From an uncultured Candidatus Saccharibacteria bacterium (lineage in GTDB: Bacteria; Patescibacteriota; Minisyncoccia; Phycocordibacterales; PALSA-1337), in assembly GCA_964358005.1 (NCBI GenBank), contig CAYHNH010000002.1, positions 18,596 through 82,595 on the forward strand: a stretch of 64,000 bases of DNA. The letters are read 5' to 3'. Position numbers and translations under genes: made by a program. The notes below the pieces were generated by a model, which saw nothing but the letters and a program-made list of their open reading frames with translations, was not told the origin of the DNA and searched no databases. Shown here one piece after another: positions 18,497 through 27,650 of the stretch (positions are counted from its first letter, which is position 1; each line of letters starts with the position of its first letter).

Positions 18497-19219
18497 ATGT
18501 CATTCACTGTCAAAACCCAAGCATTCGAGGGACCGCTCGACCTCCTGCTCGATCTCATCGAGAGGCGCAAGCTTTTCATTAGCGATATCGCGCTCTCGAA
18601 GGTCACGGACGACTTCATCGAACATGTGAAGCGATTCGAGAACCTGCCCATGGGGGAGTCGGCACACTTCATATTGGTGGCCTCGACTCTGTTGCTCATA
18701 AAATCAAAATCACTTTTGCCTGATCTGGCTCTCACAGAGGAGGAGCAAGGCGACATCAAGGACCTCGAGACGCGCCTCAAGATATACAGACGGGTGAAGG
18801 AGGCCAGTAAGCACGTTGAAAGCCTCTTCGGTAAAGATATGATCTTCGGGGTATCGCAGTCCAGACCGTTCAGCCCAATCTTCGCACCTGACCCAGAATT
18901 CAACCTCGAGCGAGCGCTAAATTCTCTGAAGGACCTGGTCAAGAGATTGCCCAAGGCCGAAACATTGCCGAAGCTCACAGTGAAGAAGATCATCAGTCTC
19001 GAGGATATGATAGGTAACTTGACGAGCCGGATAACTAGCCAGCTCCGGATGAGCTTCAAACAATTCACTTCAGAGCACAAGGGTGAGAGGATAAACGTCA
19101 TCGTGAGCTTCCTGGCCATGCTCGAGCTCGTGAAGCACGGGGTTCTCGAGGTCACCCAGAGAGGCGATTTTTCAGATATTGAAATGGAAACGAAACAGGT
19201 TGGGGTGCCGAAATATTAA
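18497..19219 (+). CDS. scpA: segregation and condensation protein A
   Basis: 240 aa with an ScpA N-terminal signature (FEGPLDLLLDLIERRKLFISDIALSKVTDDF). Confidence 0.85.
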   Translation: MSFTVKTQAFEGPLDLLLDLIERRKLFISDIALSKVTDDFIEHVKRFENLPMGESAHFILVASTLLLIKSKSLLPDLALTEEEQGDIKDLETRLKIYRRVKEASKHVESLFGKDMIFGVSQSRPFSPIFAPDPEFNLERALNSLKDLVKRLPKAETLPKLTVKKIISLEDMIGNLTSRITSQLRMSFKQFTSEHKGERINVIVSFLAMLELVKHGVLEVTQRGDFSDIEMETKQVGVPKY

Positions 19220-19252
19220 ACAAAAAAGCCGCCGATGGAGATGTCGGCGGCA
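19216..19252 (-). terminator. rho-independent terminator for the 19279..19686 gene
   Basis: On the minus strand, the hairpin GCCGCCGACATCTCCATCGGCGGC is followed by TTTTTTGTTT. Confidence 0.55.
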
Positions 19253-19278
19253 GAGGGAAGCAGGTGAAGCTCCGGCGG

Positions 19279-19686
19279 TCAGGCAGTGTGGCCATGTCTC
19301 CGCAGCCCTTGGAGCTCATCCAGAAGCTGTCGTTCCTTTGCTTCGAAATGAGAGAGCTTTCCAGCCAATCCGGGACCGGCCGAGGAGGATTTGGCTTGGT
19401 CGATGTCCTGCTTGATCTCAACGAGACCCTGGTGAATCTCCCCCTCCCGAATCACCTCATACCGGTGCCTCAGGTGCTTGAGATCTTTGCGCAGGCGTTC
19501 CAGCTCCGCCTCAGGCGTGATAAGGACGCTGCTGCTCTGCTTCGCCTTGATGAGTGCCTCCAAGGCCCCGATCTGCGAGGCGATCTCGAGGCTGGTCTGG
19601 GGCTTTTTGCGAAGCTGTCGGACGATAAGATAAACGGCGGCAATCACTGCCACGACGAGCGGGAGTAGCCAGAAGTAAATGTGCAT
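19279..19686 (-). CDS. hypothetical membrane-anchored coiled-coil protein
   Basis: 135 aa with an N-terminal TM helix (MHIYFWLLPLVVAVIAAVYLIV) and a charged helical remainder. It has its own terminator. It sits antisense between scpA and scpB. Confidence 0.5.
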   Translation of the reverse strand: MHIYFWLLPLVVAVIAAVYLIVRQLRKKPQTSLEIASQIGALEALIKAKQSSSVLITPEAELERLRKDLKHLRHRYEVIREGEIHQGLVEIKQDIDQAKSSSAGPGLAGKLSHFEAKERQLLDELQGLRRHGHTA

Positions 19687-19758
19687 ATTTTATATGGTTC
19701 AAATCGAATCTTATTCCTTTCGCCGTACAAGTCAATAGTGTAAAATAAGCCGCATAAT

Positions 19759-20319
19759 ATGGACTTACCGCAAAAGATAGAGGCCGTGCTTTTCTGGAAG
19801 GCTGAACCTGTTTCATTCAGGAAGCTCGCAACGCTTTTGGATACCGACATAGGCGCGGTGAAGGCCGGTGTCGACCAGCTGGAACAAGCCCTGAAGGGAA
19901 GAGGGGTCACCCTAGTACAAACTGATGAAGAAATATCACTCGGCACTGCCAAGGAACTGTCTCCGCTCATAGAGAAATTGACGAAGGACGAGCTAACGAA
20001 AGATCTGGGTAAGGCCGGGCTAGAAACACTCTCGATAGTCCTCTATCAGGGTCCGATTTCCCGGAGCAACCTCGACTACATACGAGGAGTCAATTCGCAA
20101 TTCATCCTCCGATCACTGCTCATACGCGGACTAGTCGAGCGTGTAGACAATCCAGAGGATTCTAGGAGCTTCCTCTACAAGCCGACCCTAGCACTACTCT
20201 CACATCTAGGCATCTCCAAGATCACAGACCTGCCCGAATACGAACAGGTGAGAAGCGAGATCGAAAGCTTCAAAGCTACACCAAAAGCGCCCGCATCTGA
20301 TGCTACAATAGCCGAGTAA
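19759..20319 (+). CDS. scpB: segregation and condensation protein B
   Basis: 186 aa with ScpB winged-helix repeats (IEAVLFWKAEPVSFRKLATLL...GLETLSIVLYQGPISRSNLDYIRGV). Confidence 0.85.
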   Translation: MDLPQKIEAVLFWKAEPVSFRKLATLLDTDIGAVKAGVDQLEQALKGRGVTLVQTDEEISLGTAKELSPLIEKLTKDELTKDLGKAGLETLSIVLYQGPISRSNLDYIRGVNSQFILRSLLIRGLVERVDNPEDSRSFLYKPTLALLSHLGISKITDLPEYEQVRSEIESFKATPKAPASDATIAE

Positions 20320-21416
20320 TGTCCTCGAGAGCCCACATCGACAGATTCTTTCTTTACTCTACCGGAGCACTGACTATCGCCGGCTTCATCATATTCCTTT
20401 CGGCATCTCTTGGGCTTTTGTCCCAGACGGGAGCCACCTTCGGGACTGTTGCGGTAAAACAGGGGATAAGCCTGGCCATAGGCCTCGCGGCTTTCTTCGT
20501 CTTCTCTCGCCTCAAATACACGATATTCCGGAAAACAGCGACTATCATACTCGTAGGTGCGATCTTGCTGAACCTGCTCCTCTTCATTCCTAGCCTGACA
20601 CTCCACTACAATGGCGCTTCGCGCTGGATAAACCTCGGCTTGTTCTCATTCCAACCATCTGAATTCCTAAAGATAGCGGCGATCATATATTTTGCCGCCT
20701 GGCTCCACTTCGCCAAGGAGCGCATAAAATCCATGAAATTCGGCCTGCTGTCATATGTGGCCATCATGGCGATCCTAGGAGGGCTGCTACTCATCCAATC
20801 CGATACGGACACTCTGGTCATCATCGGCGTCACCGGCTTGGCCATGTATATAGTCGCAGGCATGCCCATAAAGCACTTTCTGCTGTCACTCATACTGCTC
20901 GGCACAGTCGTGGCGGGAGTCATATATTTCAGGCCCTACGCAGCCGAGCGCTTCAAGGTGTATCTGGACCCAACCACAAATACCCAAGGCTCCGGATATC
21001 AGATCAATCAGTCGCTCATAGCCATAGGCTCTGGGGGCATGTTCGGACGCGGCTTCGGCCAGAGCGTCCAAAAGTTCGGCTACCTGCCACAGCCGACCGA
21101 TGACTCGATATTCGCAGTCGCAGCTGAGGAATTCGGGTTCGTCGGCGGATTGGCTTTGCTCGTCATATACTGCCTATTCGCCATAAGCTCGTTCAGGATA
21201 GGGACGCGGTCGGTAGATGTATTCGGGGGGATGATGGCGGTCGGGTTAGCCATATTGGTCATATCGGAGTCATTCCTGAACATGGCGGCAATGCTCGGTC
21301 TGGTGCCGATATCCGGCCTGCCGCTCCTATTCGTGTCACATGGCGGCACAGCGCTCATCATCATCCTCCTTAGCGCCGGGATAGTGGCGAATGTGTCGAA
21401 GCATGGGAGAGCCTAA
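20319..21416 (+). CDS. ftsW: SEDS-family peptidoglycan glycosyltransferase (FtsW/RodA)
   Basis: 365 aa, polytopic membrane protein with conserved SEDS motifs (GSGGMFGRGFGQS; LPQPTDDSIFAVAAEEFGFVG). It overlaps the scpB stop and precedes murG. Confidence 0.85.
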   Translation: MSSRAHIDRFFLYSTGALTIAGFIIFLSASLGLLSQTGATFGTVAVKQGISLAIGLAAFFVFSRLKYTIFRKTATIILVGAILLNLLLFIPSLTLHYNGASRWINLGLFSFQPSEFLKIAAIIYFAAWLHFAKERIKSMKFGLLSYVAIMAILGGLLLIQSDTDTLVIIGVTGLAMYIVAGMPIKHFLLSLILLGTVVAGVIYFRPYAAERFKVYLDPTTNTQGSGYQINQSLIAIGSGGMFGRGFGQSVQKFGYLPQPTDDSIFAVAAEEFGFVGGLALLVIYCLFAISSFRIGTRSVDVFGGMMAVGLAILVISESFLNMAAMLGLVPISGLPLLFVSHGGTALIIILLSAGIVANVSKHGRA

Positions 21417-21437
21417 AAATTTGATATAATAAAGCCT

Positions 21438-22574
21438 ATGAAAATCCTTCTTGCAGGCGGCGGCTCAGGCGGCCATTTCTACCCGATAATAGCCGTCGCC
21501 CAGGCGATCCGAGACATCGTGGCCGAGCGCAAGCTCATACCTCCGGAGCTCTATTACATGGCTTGCGAGCCTTATAACGCCCGCATCCTCTTCGAGAGCG
21601 ATATCCAGTTCATCGGAGTCCCGACAGGCAAGAGGCGCCGGTATTTCTCGCTCCTCAACTTCACCGACATATTCAAGACCGCATACGGTTGCCTGACGGC
21701 GCTCCTAAAAGTCTATTCCGTGTACCCAGACGTCGTATTCGGCAAAGGAGGGTACCAGAGCTTTCCGGCTCTGTTCGCTGCAAAGCTCCTGCACATTCCA
21801 GCCGTCATCCACGAATCCGACTCACACCCGGGCCGCGTCAATCTCTGGGCAGGCAAGTTCGCGAGGAAGATCGCCATCTCATATCCGAATGCCGCGCCGT
21901 TCTTCGGCGCGCGCCAGCAGGAGAAGATAGCGGTGACAGGGAATCCAGTCCGTCCAGACATAGCCAATCCGCTCCGTAACGGCGCCCACGAATTCTTGAA
22001 GCTCGAACAGGGGACCCCGGTCGTCCTGATACTCGGCGGATCGCTAGGTTCGGCCAGCATCAATGATTCAGTCATGGAGGCACTGCCGGAACTTTTGAAC
22101 CGCTACCAGATCATCCATCAAACAGGTAAGAATAATATCGAGGAGATAAGAGCGACGACTGGGGTCATCCTGAAGGACCATCCTTATGCCTACAGGTATC
22201 ATCCATTCGACTATCTAAACGAGCTCGCCCTGCGAATGTCAGCCGGAGCCGCTGATCTGGTGGTCTCACGAGCGGGCTCGACCATATTCGAGATCGCAGC
22301 CTGGGGCGTGCCCTCTATCATAATCCCGCTCTCTCCAGAGGTCTCTCACGACCAGAATGCCAACGCTTTTGCCTACAGCTCGACTGGTGCGGCTTCGGTC
22401 ATAGAGGACAGTAACCTGCACGCCCACATATTGATCTCTGAAATAGACCGCATACATGGCACGTCTAGTATCAAGGAAACCATGAAACAGAGCGCCCAAG
22501 CCTTTGCCCGCCAGGATAGCGCCAAAGTCATAGCTGGGGCCATATTGGATATTGCGCTCGCCCACGAGAAGTGA
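21438..22574 (+). CDS. murG: undecaprenyldiphospho-muramoylpentapeptide beta-N-acetylglucosaminyltransferase
   Basis: 378 aa with MurG motifs (LLAGGGSGGHFYPIIAVAQ; GGSLGS). A TATAAT at 21425-21430 lies 7 nt upstream of the ATG. Confidence 0.9.
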   Translation: MKILLAGGGSGGHFYPIIAVAQAIRDIVAERKLIPPELYYMACEPYNARILFESDIQFIGVPTGKRRRYFSLLNFTDIFKTAYGCLTALLKVYSVYPDVVFGKGGYQSFPALFAAKLLHIPAVIHESDSHPGRVNLWAGKFARKIAISYPNAAPFFGARQQEKIAVTGNPVRPDIANPLRNGAHEFLKLEQGTPVVLILGGSLGSASINDSVMEALPELLNRYQIIHQTGKNNIEEIRATTGVILKDHPYAYRYHPFDYLNELALRMSAGAADLVVSRAGSTIFEIAAWGVPSIIIPLSPEVSHDQNANAFAYSSTGAASVIEDSNLHAHILISEIDRIHGTSSIKETMKQSAQAFARQDSAKVIAGAILDIALAHEK

Positions 22575-22633
22575 TATCTTAAAAACTCGATAAAGTCGTA
22601 TTAGAAGCCTTAATAGCTTAGCGTTTAAAACAT

Positions 22634-23137
22634 ATGAATCCAGAATCATCAGGTTTGAGGACGTGGCAGTGGGTCGTAACAGCAGTAGTCGTCATCATCC
22701 TTATAATTATAGGGATCATGGTGTTCGGCAAGAAATCGCCGACAGCAGAGGTCCCGGCTCCGATAGCCACGACCACCCCCTCCAATACTCCGGGGGTCAA
22801 CGCCATAGTCATGTCAGACCAGTATCCTGGCAACGTAGTCTACCTATCTTCAGTCCAGGTCACCAAAGCAGGCTGGGTCGCTATCCACAAGGACGATGCA
22901 GGCAAGCCTGGCGCAATCATAGGATCAGCCTGGGTCAATGAGGGAGTCAGCCCAGTGAAAGTCACCCTGACATCTCCGATGATCGACGGCTCGACATACT
23001 ACGCCATGCTGCACTCCGATGACGGAGACAAGAAGTTCGATGCCGTGAAGGATGCACCTCTCAAGGATTCCAACAACAACGTCGTGATGCGCGTCTTCCG
23101 AGCTACGGTGACGGCGGATCAGAACACGAAGGGGTAA
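22634..23137 (+). CDS. hypothetical membrane-anchored extracytoplasmic protein
   Basis: 167 aa with an N-terminal TM helix and a Thr/Pro-rich linker. No recognised domain. Confidence 0.5.
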   Translation: MNPESSGLRTWQWVVTAVVVIILIIIGIMVFGKKSPTAEVPAPIATTTPSNTPGVNAIVMSDQYPGNVVYLSSVQVTKAGWVAIHKDDAGKPGAIIGSAWVNEGVSPVKVTLTSPMIDGSTYYAMLHSDDGDKKFDAVKDAPLKDSNNNVVMRVFRATVTADQNTKG

Positions 23138-23512
23138 ACAGGTGGCAGGAAAAGGGATTGATCTCAGAGACACAACGTCGGCTCCTTCACGGGAGCCGCG
23201 TCTCGTTCTCGGATGTCTTCCTGTATCCACACTATCATTTGCTTAGAGGAAGTGACTGTCGTCACTTCCTCCGCTGCTTACCCATACAGCATCTATCTCA
23301 GTCAGCCATCCTGCGAAAGGTCTCTTCGATCCAATTCCTTTTCCTGCCTCACACCCTTTACTACAGTAAAGGGTGACATCCCGAGCACATGAGGAGGATG
23401 AGGCAAGGAGACATTGCGAGCGCGACTGGCGCGAGCACGAGGAATTTCCCAGCAGGGAAATATCCGTGTCTCCTGGATGCATTCTCCTCATGTGCTAAGA
23501 GGGGATCGTTTT

Positions 23513-23521
23513 TGCTATAAT
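23513..23521 (+). promoter_or_regulatory. extended -10 (TGCTATAAT) 6 nt upstream of the gltX start codon, leaderless-type
   Basis: TGCTATAAT lies at 23513-23521 and the ATG at 23528. Confidence 0.45.
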
Positions 23522-23527
23522 GCTTTC

Positions 23528-24979
23528 ATGAACAAAGTAGTAACCCGCTTCGCCCCGTCGCCGACTGGATTCATGCACATAGGTGGAGTCAGGACAGCCA
23601 TTTTTGCCTATCTGACCGCCCGCAAATACGGCGGCACATTTATCTTGCGCATCGAGGACACTGACAAGGAGCGCGAGGTGGAGGGCTCAATAGAGCACAT
23701 CCAGAAGGCTTTACGCTGGTTAAACCTAGAGTGGAACTACGGCCCGGATAAGCCGGGGCCATTCGGCTCATGCATCCAGTCGGAGAGATTGCCAACCTAC
23801 AAGGAATTCGCACTGAAACTCATAGAAAAAGGCCTGGCATACCCTGATCCATATACGGCCGGCCAGGTTGAGACATTCCGCAAGAAGGCCGAGGCGGAGA
23901 AGAGACCGTTCCTTTACCGCGATCATCGCCCGAAGGAATTCGGCGTATGGGATGGTACCAAGCCCCTGCGCCTCAAGGTGCCAGAGGTGAAGCGCTGGCA
24001 CTGGAAAGACGCCGTCCGCGGAGATCTCGAGGGCGGCGAGGAGATGCTAGATGATTTTGTGCTCATAAAGAGCGACGGCTACCCGACATATAATTTCGCC
24101 CACATCATAGACGACCACCTCATGGGCGTCACACATATACTGCGAGCCGATGAATTCATTTCTAGCACCCCTAGATTCTTGAGCCTCTATCAGGCTCTCG
24201 ACATCGAGCCGCCTGTCTTCGCGACTCTGCCGCCCATACTACGCGACGACCGCACCAAGAAGCTCGGCAAGCGCGATGGCGCTAAAGATGTCATGGAATA
24301 TGAGAGGGAGGGCTATCTATCCGAAGCCATGCTCAATTACCTGACCCTACTCGGCTGGCATCCGTCAGACGACCGCGAGATACTCTCACTGGATGAGATT
24401 CTCAAGGAGTTCTCGCTCGAGCGCATCCAAAAGGCTGGCGCGGTCTTCGATGAGGAAAAGCTCAAATGGTTCAACCGCCAATACATCCTTCGGAAGTCTG
24501 ATGAGGAATTCTCTGAACGAGCGCAGACATTCCTGCCGGAATGGATGTCTACGAAGACCACCGCCTTCAAGCGGTTGCTACCGGTGCTCAAAGACAAGAT
24601 CCAAGTCTTTGGCGAGATATCTGGTCTTTTCGGTGAGGGTGGGGAACTGCATTTTATAAAAGCCCTGCCTGACTATACGGTCGAACTGCTTTTGTGGAAG
24701 AAGAATCCAGACAGAGCAGCCGCCTTGGCCAATCTGAATGAATGCAGAGACTTGCTCGGAAAGATCAGGAACGAGGATTTCTCTGCCGAGGCGGTCAAGG
24801 CGGCCGTCTGGCCATACGCCGAAGCCAAGGGCAGGGGAGAAGTCCTGTGGCCACTGCGGATGGCTCTCACGGGGCAGGACAAGTCCCCCGATCCATTTGT
24901 TTGCGCGGCAATACTGGGCAAGGATGAGTCGCTTTCCAGGATAGACCAGGCCGTCAAAAAATGCATCTCCGAAAAATAA
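23528..24979 (+). CDS. gltX: glutamate--tRNA ligase
   Basis: Class I aaRS (RFAPSPTGFMHIGGVRTAIF) with a KMSKS-type region and an anticodon-binding C-terminus. The internal Met of the track ORF 23414..24979 is chosen because the upstream extension is not protein-like. Confidence 0.88.
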   Translation: MNKVVTRFAPSPTGFMHIGGVRTAIFAYLTARKYGGTFILRIEDTDKEREVEGSIEHIQKALRWLNLEWNYGPDKPGPFGSCIQSERLPTYKEFALKLIEKGLAYPDPYTAGQVETFRKKAEAEKRPFLYRDHRPKEFGVWDGTKPLRLKVPEVKRWHWKDAVRGDLEGGEEMLDDFVLIKSDGYPTYNFAHIIDDHLMGVTHILRADEFISSTPRFLSLYQALDIEPPVFATLPPILRDDRTKKLGKRDGAKDVMEYEREGYLSEAMLNYLTLLGWHPSDDREILSLDEILKEFSLERIQKAGAVFDEEKLKWFNRQYILRKSDEEFSERAQTFLPEWMSTKTTAFKRLLPVLKDKIQVFGEISGLFGEGGELHFIKALPDYTVELLLWKKNPDRAAALANLNECRDLLGKIRNEDFSAEAVKAAVWPYAEAKGRGEVLWPLRMALTGQDKSPDPFVCAAILGKDESLSRIDQAVKKCISEK

Positions 24980-26244
24980 TATTCCTATCAGCGCTAGCTG
25001 CATGCCTCATTCCTGTAGGCCTGTCCGCACAGGATTCGGCAGACGAGCTGCAGTCGAAGATAGATGCGAGGGCTAGAGACATAGAGAGCCTGACGAAGGT
25101 CATAGACCAGTATCAGGCTGAGATAGATGCTCTGGGAGACCAAGGAATGAGCTTGTCGAAGACCCTAGCCGAGCTATCCCTCACACAGAAGAAGCTTCAG
25201 GCAGACATAGCGCGTACCAGCGGTAGGATTGATTCCAAGAACTCCGAGATCAGGCAGCTGTCATCGAAGATCGGCAAGGCGGAGGGAAATATCGCTGACG
25301 GCAAGCTCTATGTATCCGAGGCGCTCCGGAAGATGAACGAGTTGGACGATCGGTCCATACCTGCCATATTTTTATCAGGACAATCACTGTCAGATGCCTG
25401 GAGCGCCGTGAATAAGCTCGGCCTCTTAGAGAGCAGTGTCACCAAGAGGGTCAGGGAGATATCCTACACAAAAAAGGGTCTTGAAACGAATCGCAAGGCC
25501 ACCGAAAGGGCTAAGACAGAGCTTGTTAAGCTAGAGGTCCAGCTGAACGGCCAGAGAAAAGTCGTCATCGAGACCACGAAGGCCCAGCAACGCCTGCTCG
25601 CCGACACCAAGAACTCCGAAGCTGGATACAAAAAACTTTTGGCTGAGAAGGTAGCGCTCAAGAATGAATTTGAGAGGGAGATCCAGCTCTTCGAATCACA
25701 GCTACAACTGTCAGTAGACGCATCCAAACTGCCAAGGATGAGCTCGATCTTGTCGTGGCCGCTCGATAGCGTCCTCGTGACACAGTACTTCGGCAATACG
25801 CCGTTCGCCAGCGCCAATCCACAGGTTTACAGCGGAAACGGGCATAACGGCATCGATCTGCGAGCGAGCATAGGCACACCAGTCAAAGCTTCGCTTGCCG
25901 GCACTGTTATCGGGAGCGGGAATACCGATGCTATACGCGGCTGCTATTCTCTGGGCAAATGGATACTCATAAAGCACGCGAATGGCATCTCGACGCTCTA
26001 CGCCCATCTGTCCGTACAGAACGTCAGCGCTGGCAATCAGGTCGCAACCGGGCAAGTGATCGGCTACAGCGGCAATACTGGCTACACGACGGGTCCGCAC
26101 CTGCATTTCGGCGTCTACGCCTCTTCAGGCATAGAAATAAAGCAGTTTTCCGCGAGTAGGAGCTGCCGCGGTGCCACCATACCCATAGCCGTGACGAAGG
26201 CCTACCTTAATCCACTTTCTTATTTGCCGCAGGGCCGTATCTAA
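24961..26244 (+). CDS. M23 family metallopeptidase with N-terminal coiled coil (EnvC-like murein hydrolase activator)
   Basis: 427 aa with a signal peptide, a long coiled coil, and a C-terminal LytM domain (HNGIDLRA...TLYAHLS...GPHLHFGVY). Confidence 0.85.
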   Translation: MHLRKIIFLSALAACLIPVGLSAQDSADELQSKIDARARDIESLTKVIDQYQAEIDALGDQGMSLSKTLAELSLTQKKLQADIARTSGRIDSKNSEIRQLSSKIGKAEGNIADGKLYVSEALRKMNELDDRSIPAIFLSGQSLSDAWSAVNKLGLLESSVTKRVREISYTKKGLETNRKATERAKTELVKLEVQLNGQRKVVIETTKAQQRLLADTKNSEAGYKKLLAEKVALKNEFEREIQLFESQLQLSVDASKLPRMSSILSWPLDSVLVTQYFGNTPFASANPQVYSGNGHNGIDLRASIGTPVKASLAGTVIGSGNTDAIRGCYSLGKWILIKHANGISTLYAHLSVQNVSAGNQVATGQVIGYSGNTGYTTGPHLHFGVYASSGIEIKQFSASRSCRGATIPIAVTKAYLNPLSYLPQGRI

Positions 26245-26259
26245 GGATATACTTAGACC

Positions 26260-26589
26260 ATGAAAAATAAAATGGCAAGGGAAGGGGGCCTTATAAAGAC
26301 GATACTCCTCATAGTCATTGCCATCCTCGTAGTCAGCTATTTCGGGATCAATCTAAGGGCCCTAGTGACCTCGCCGACCACCCAAGACAACGTTACCTAT
26401 GTCACAACCGCGGCCATTAACCTCTGGAACAATTATCTCAAGGGTCCAGTCACATATCTATGGAACGAGGTCTTCCTGAGCCTGATCTGGAATACAGCGA
26501 TGAATAATCTCAAGAATGGCAGCCTAGGGCAGCCTTCCATGACTGCCAGCTCGACGCCTGGCCTATCGATGCCTTCGGCGGTGCAATAA
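26260..26589 (+). CDS. small membrane protein, hypothetical
   Basis: 109 aa with an N-terminal TM helix. A TATACT hexamer lies 6 nt upstream of the ATG. Confidence 0.45.
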   Translation: MKNKMAREGGLIKTILLIVIAILVVSYFGINLRALVTSPTTQDNVTYVTTAAINLWNNYLKGPVTYLWNEVFLSLIWNTAMNNLKNGSLGQPSMTASSTPGLSMPSAVQ

Positions 26590-26637
26590 TAGGGATATTC
26601 GGTATATTACTAATACGACCTGCGTAAAAGATATATT

Positions 26638-27324
26638 GTGCGACGTAGGACTTCTATGCAGAAATGTACACATAACGACATCTCCATCATCATCCCCTTT
26701 TATAACGAGGAGGACAATGTGGAGCCGGTCATAAGAGAGGTTATGGAAAAAGTTCCGGGTGCTGAAATAGTCGCCATTGACGATGGCTCGACCGATCGCA
26801 CTGCCAGTGAGCTCCGAAAATTCCCTACCCTAAGGGTAGTCACCTTTTTTGAGAACCTTGGACAGGGGTTTGCCATTTACGCCGGGCTCGGCAGAGCGGC
26901 TAACGAGCGGTGTGTTGTTATGGATGGCGATGGTCAGTATGATCCCCTGTCTGTTATAGGTCTCGCCGATGGTCTGGACTCCGTTCACCTAGTCTGCGGG
27001 CGGCGTATGAATAGGAGCGACAGAGCTAGCGCGATTTTTGCTTCTAGATTCTCAAATTCGGTCCGCAGACTCATTTTCGGCGATCAAATCATGGACACCG
27101 GAGGTATAAAAGCCATAAGACGTTCCACCGCCCTGGACCTCCTCTGGCCTTTTGAGGGATTACACAGATATATAGCTTCCATATTCTTCCGTGCAGGGCT
27201 TCCTATGTCCGAGGTACCTGTGAATCATCGACCGAGGCTGTTCGGCACGACCAAATATACGCATTCCGGGAGAGCAATGAGAGGCCTGGTCGATCTAGTG
27301 ATGGTAAGATGCCAGATACGATGA
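26638..27324 (+). CDS. family 2 glycosyltransferase (polyprenol-phosphate sugar transferase, DPM1/ArnC-like)
   Basis: GT2 motifs (ISIIIPFYNEEDNV; AIDDGSTDRT; VVMDGDGQYDP). Confidence 0.85.
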   Translation: MRRRTSMQKCTHNDISIIIPFYNEEDNVEPVIREVMEKVPGAEIVAIDDGSTDRTASELRKFPTLRVVTFFENLGQGFAIYAGLGRAANERCVVMDGDGQYDPLSVIGLADGLDSVHLVCGRRMNRSDRASAIFASRFSNSVRRLIFGDQIMDTGGIKAIRRSTALDLLWPFEGLHRYIASIFFRAGLPMSEVPVNHRPRLFGTTKYTHSGRAMRGLVDLVMVRCQIR

Positions 27325-27623
27325 CGGGTAACATCCTGAACACGGCCACCCAGATAGCTACGATATGGACTGTAATAGGCCTCGTAGGCGCAGTGATGTT
27401 CACTTCTCGCTGGTTTGTACAGTTCTTGCATTCCCGCACAAAAGGAGTTTCGTCTGTACCGCCGCTATTTTGGGTCATGAGCGCGCTCGGCAGCGTCGCT
27501 ACTTTAGCCTATTTCATATTCGGCAACCCTGATCTCATAGGTATCATATCGAATCTCTTCCCTCTTTTCGTCTCGGTTTATAATCTTATCCTTATATCTA
27601 GACAGAAAGACAAGGTTGAATGA
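27309..27623 (+). CDS. small membrane protein, possible lipid-A-disaccharide synthase N-terminal (LAB_N) domain
   Basis: 104 aa with three TM helices. It overlaps the GT2 stop. This pairing is typical of GT2/LAB_N two-component polyprenol-P glycosyltransferases. Confidence 0.5.
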   Translation: MPDTMTGNILNTATQIATIWTVIGLVGAVMFTSRWFVQFLHSRTKGVSSVPPLFWVMSALGSVATLAYFIFGNPDLIGIISNLFPLFVSVYNLILISRQKDKVE

Positions 27624-27650
27624 ATAGAAGATTACTGTAGGCTTTTTTTG

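Noticed and set aside
19264-19668. Plus-strand 134-aa ORF between scpA and scpB.
   Set aside because: The overlapping minus-strand ORF has a clear TM helix, a coiled coil and its own terminator. The plus-strand product is Arg/Leu-rich and not protein-like.
23138-23527. T-box riboswitch upstream of gltX.
   Set aside because: No T-box consensus (AGGGTGGNACCGCG) or specifier-loop/antiterminator arrangement is present. The gltX -10 element lies downstream of the structures.
23414-23527. Long N-terminal extension of gltX in the ORF track (MRARLARARGISQQ...).
   Set aside because: The extension is not protein-like and overlaps a structured non-coding region. Conserved GluRS sequence begins at MNKVVTRFAPSPTG (23528), which has a -10 element directly upstream.
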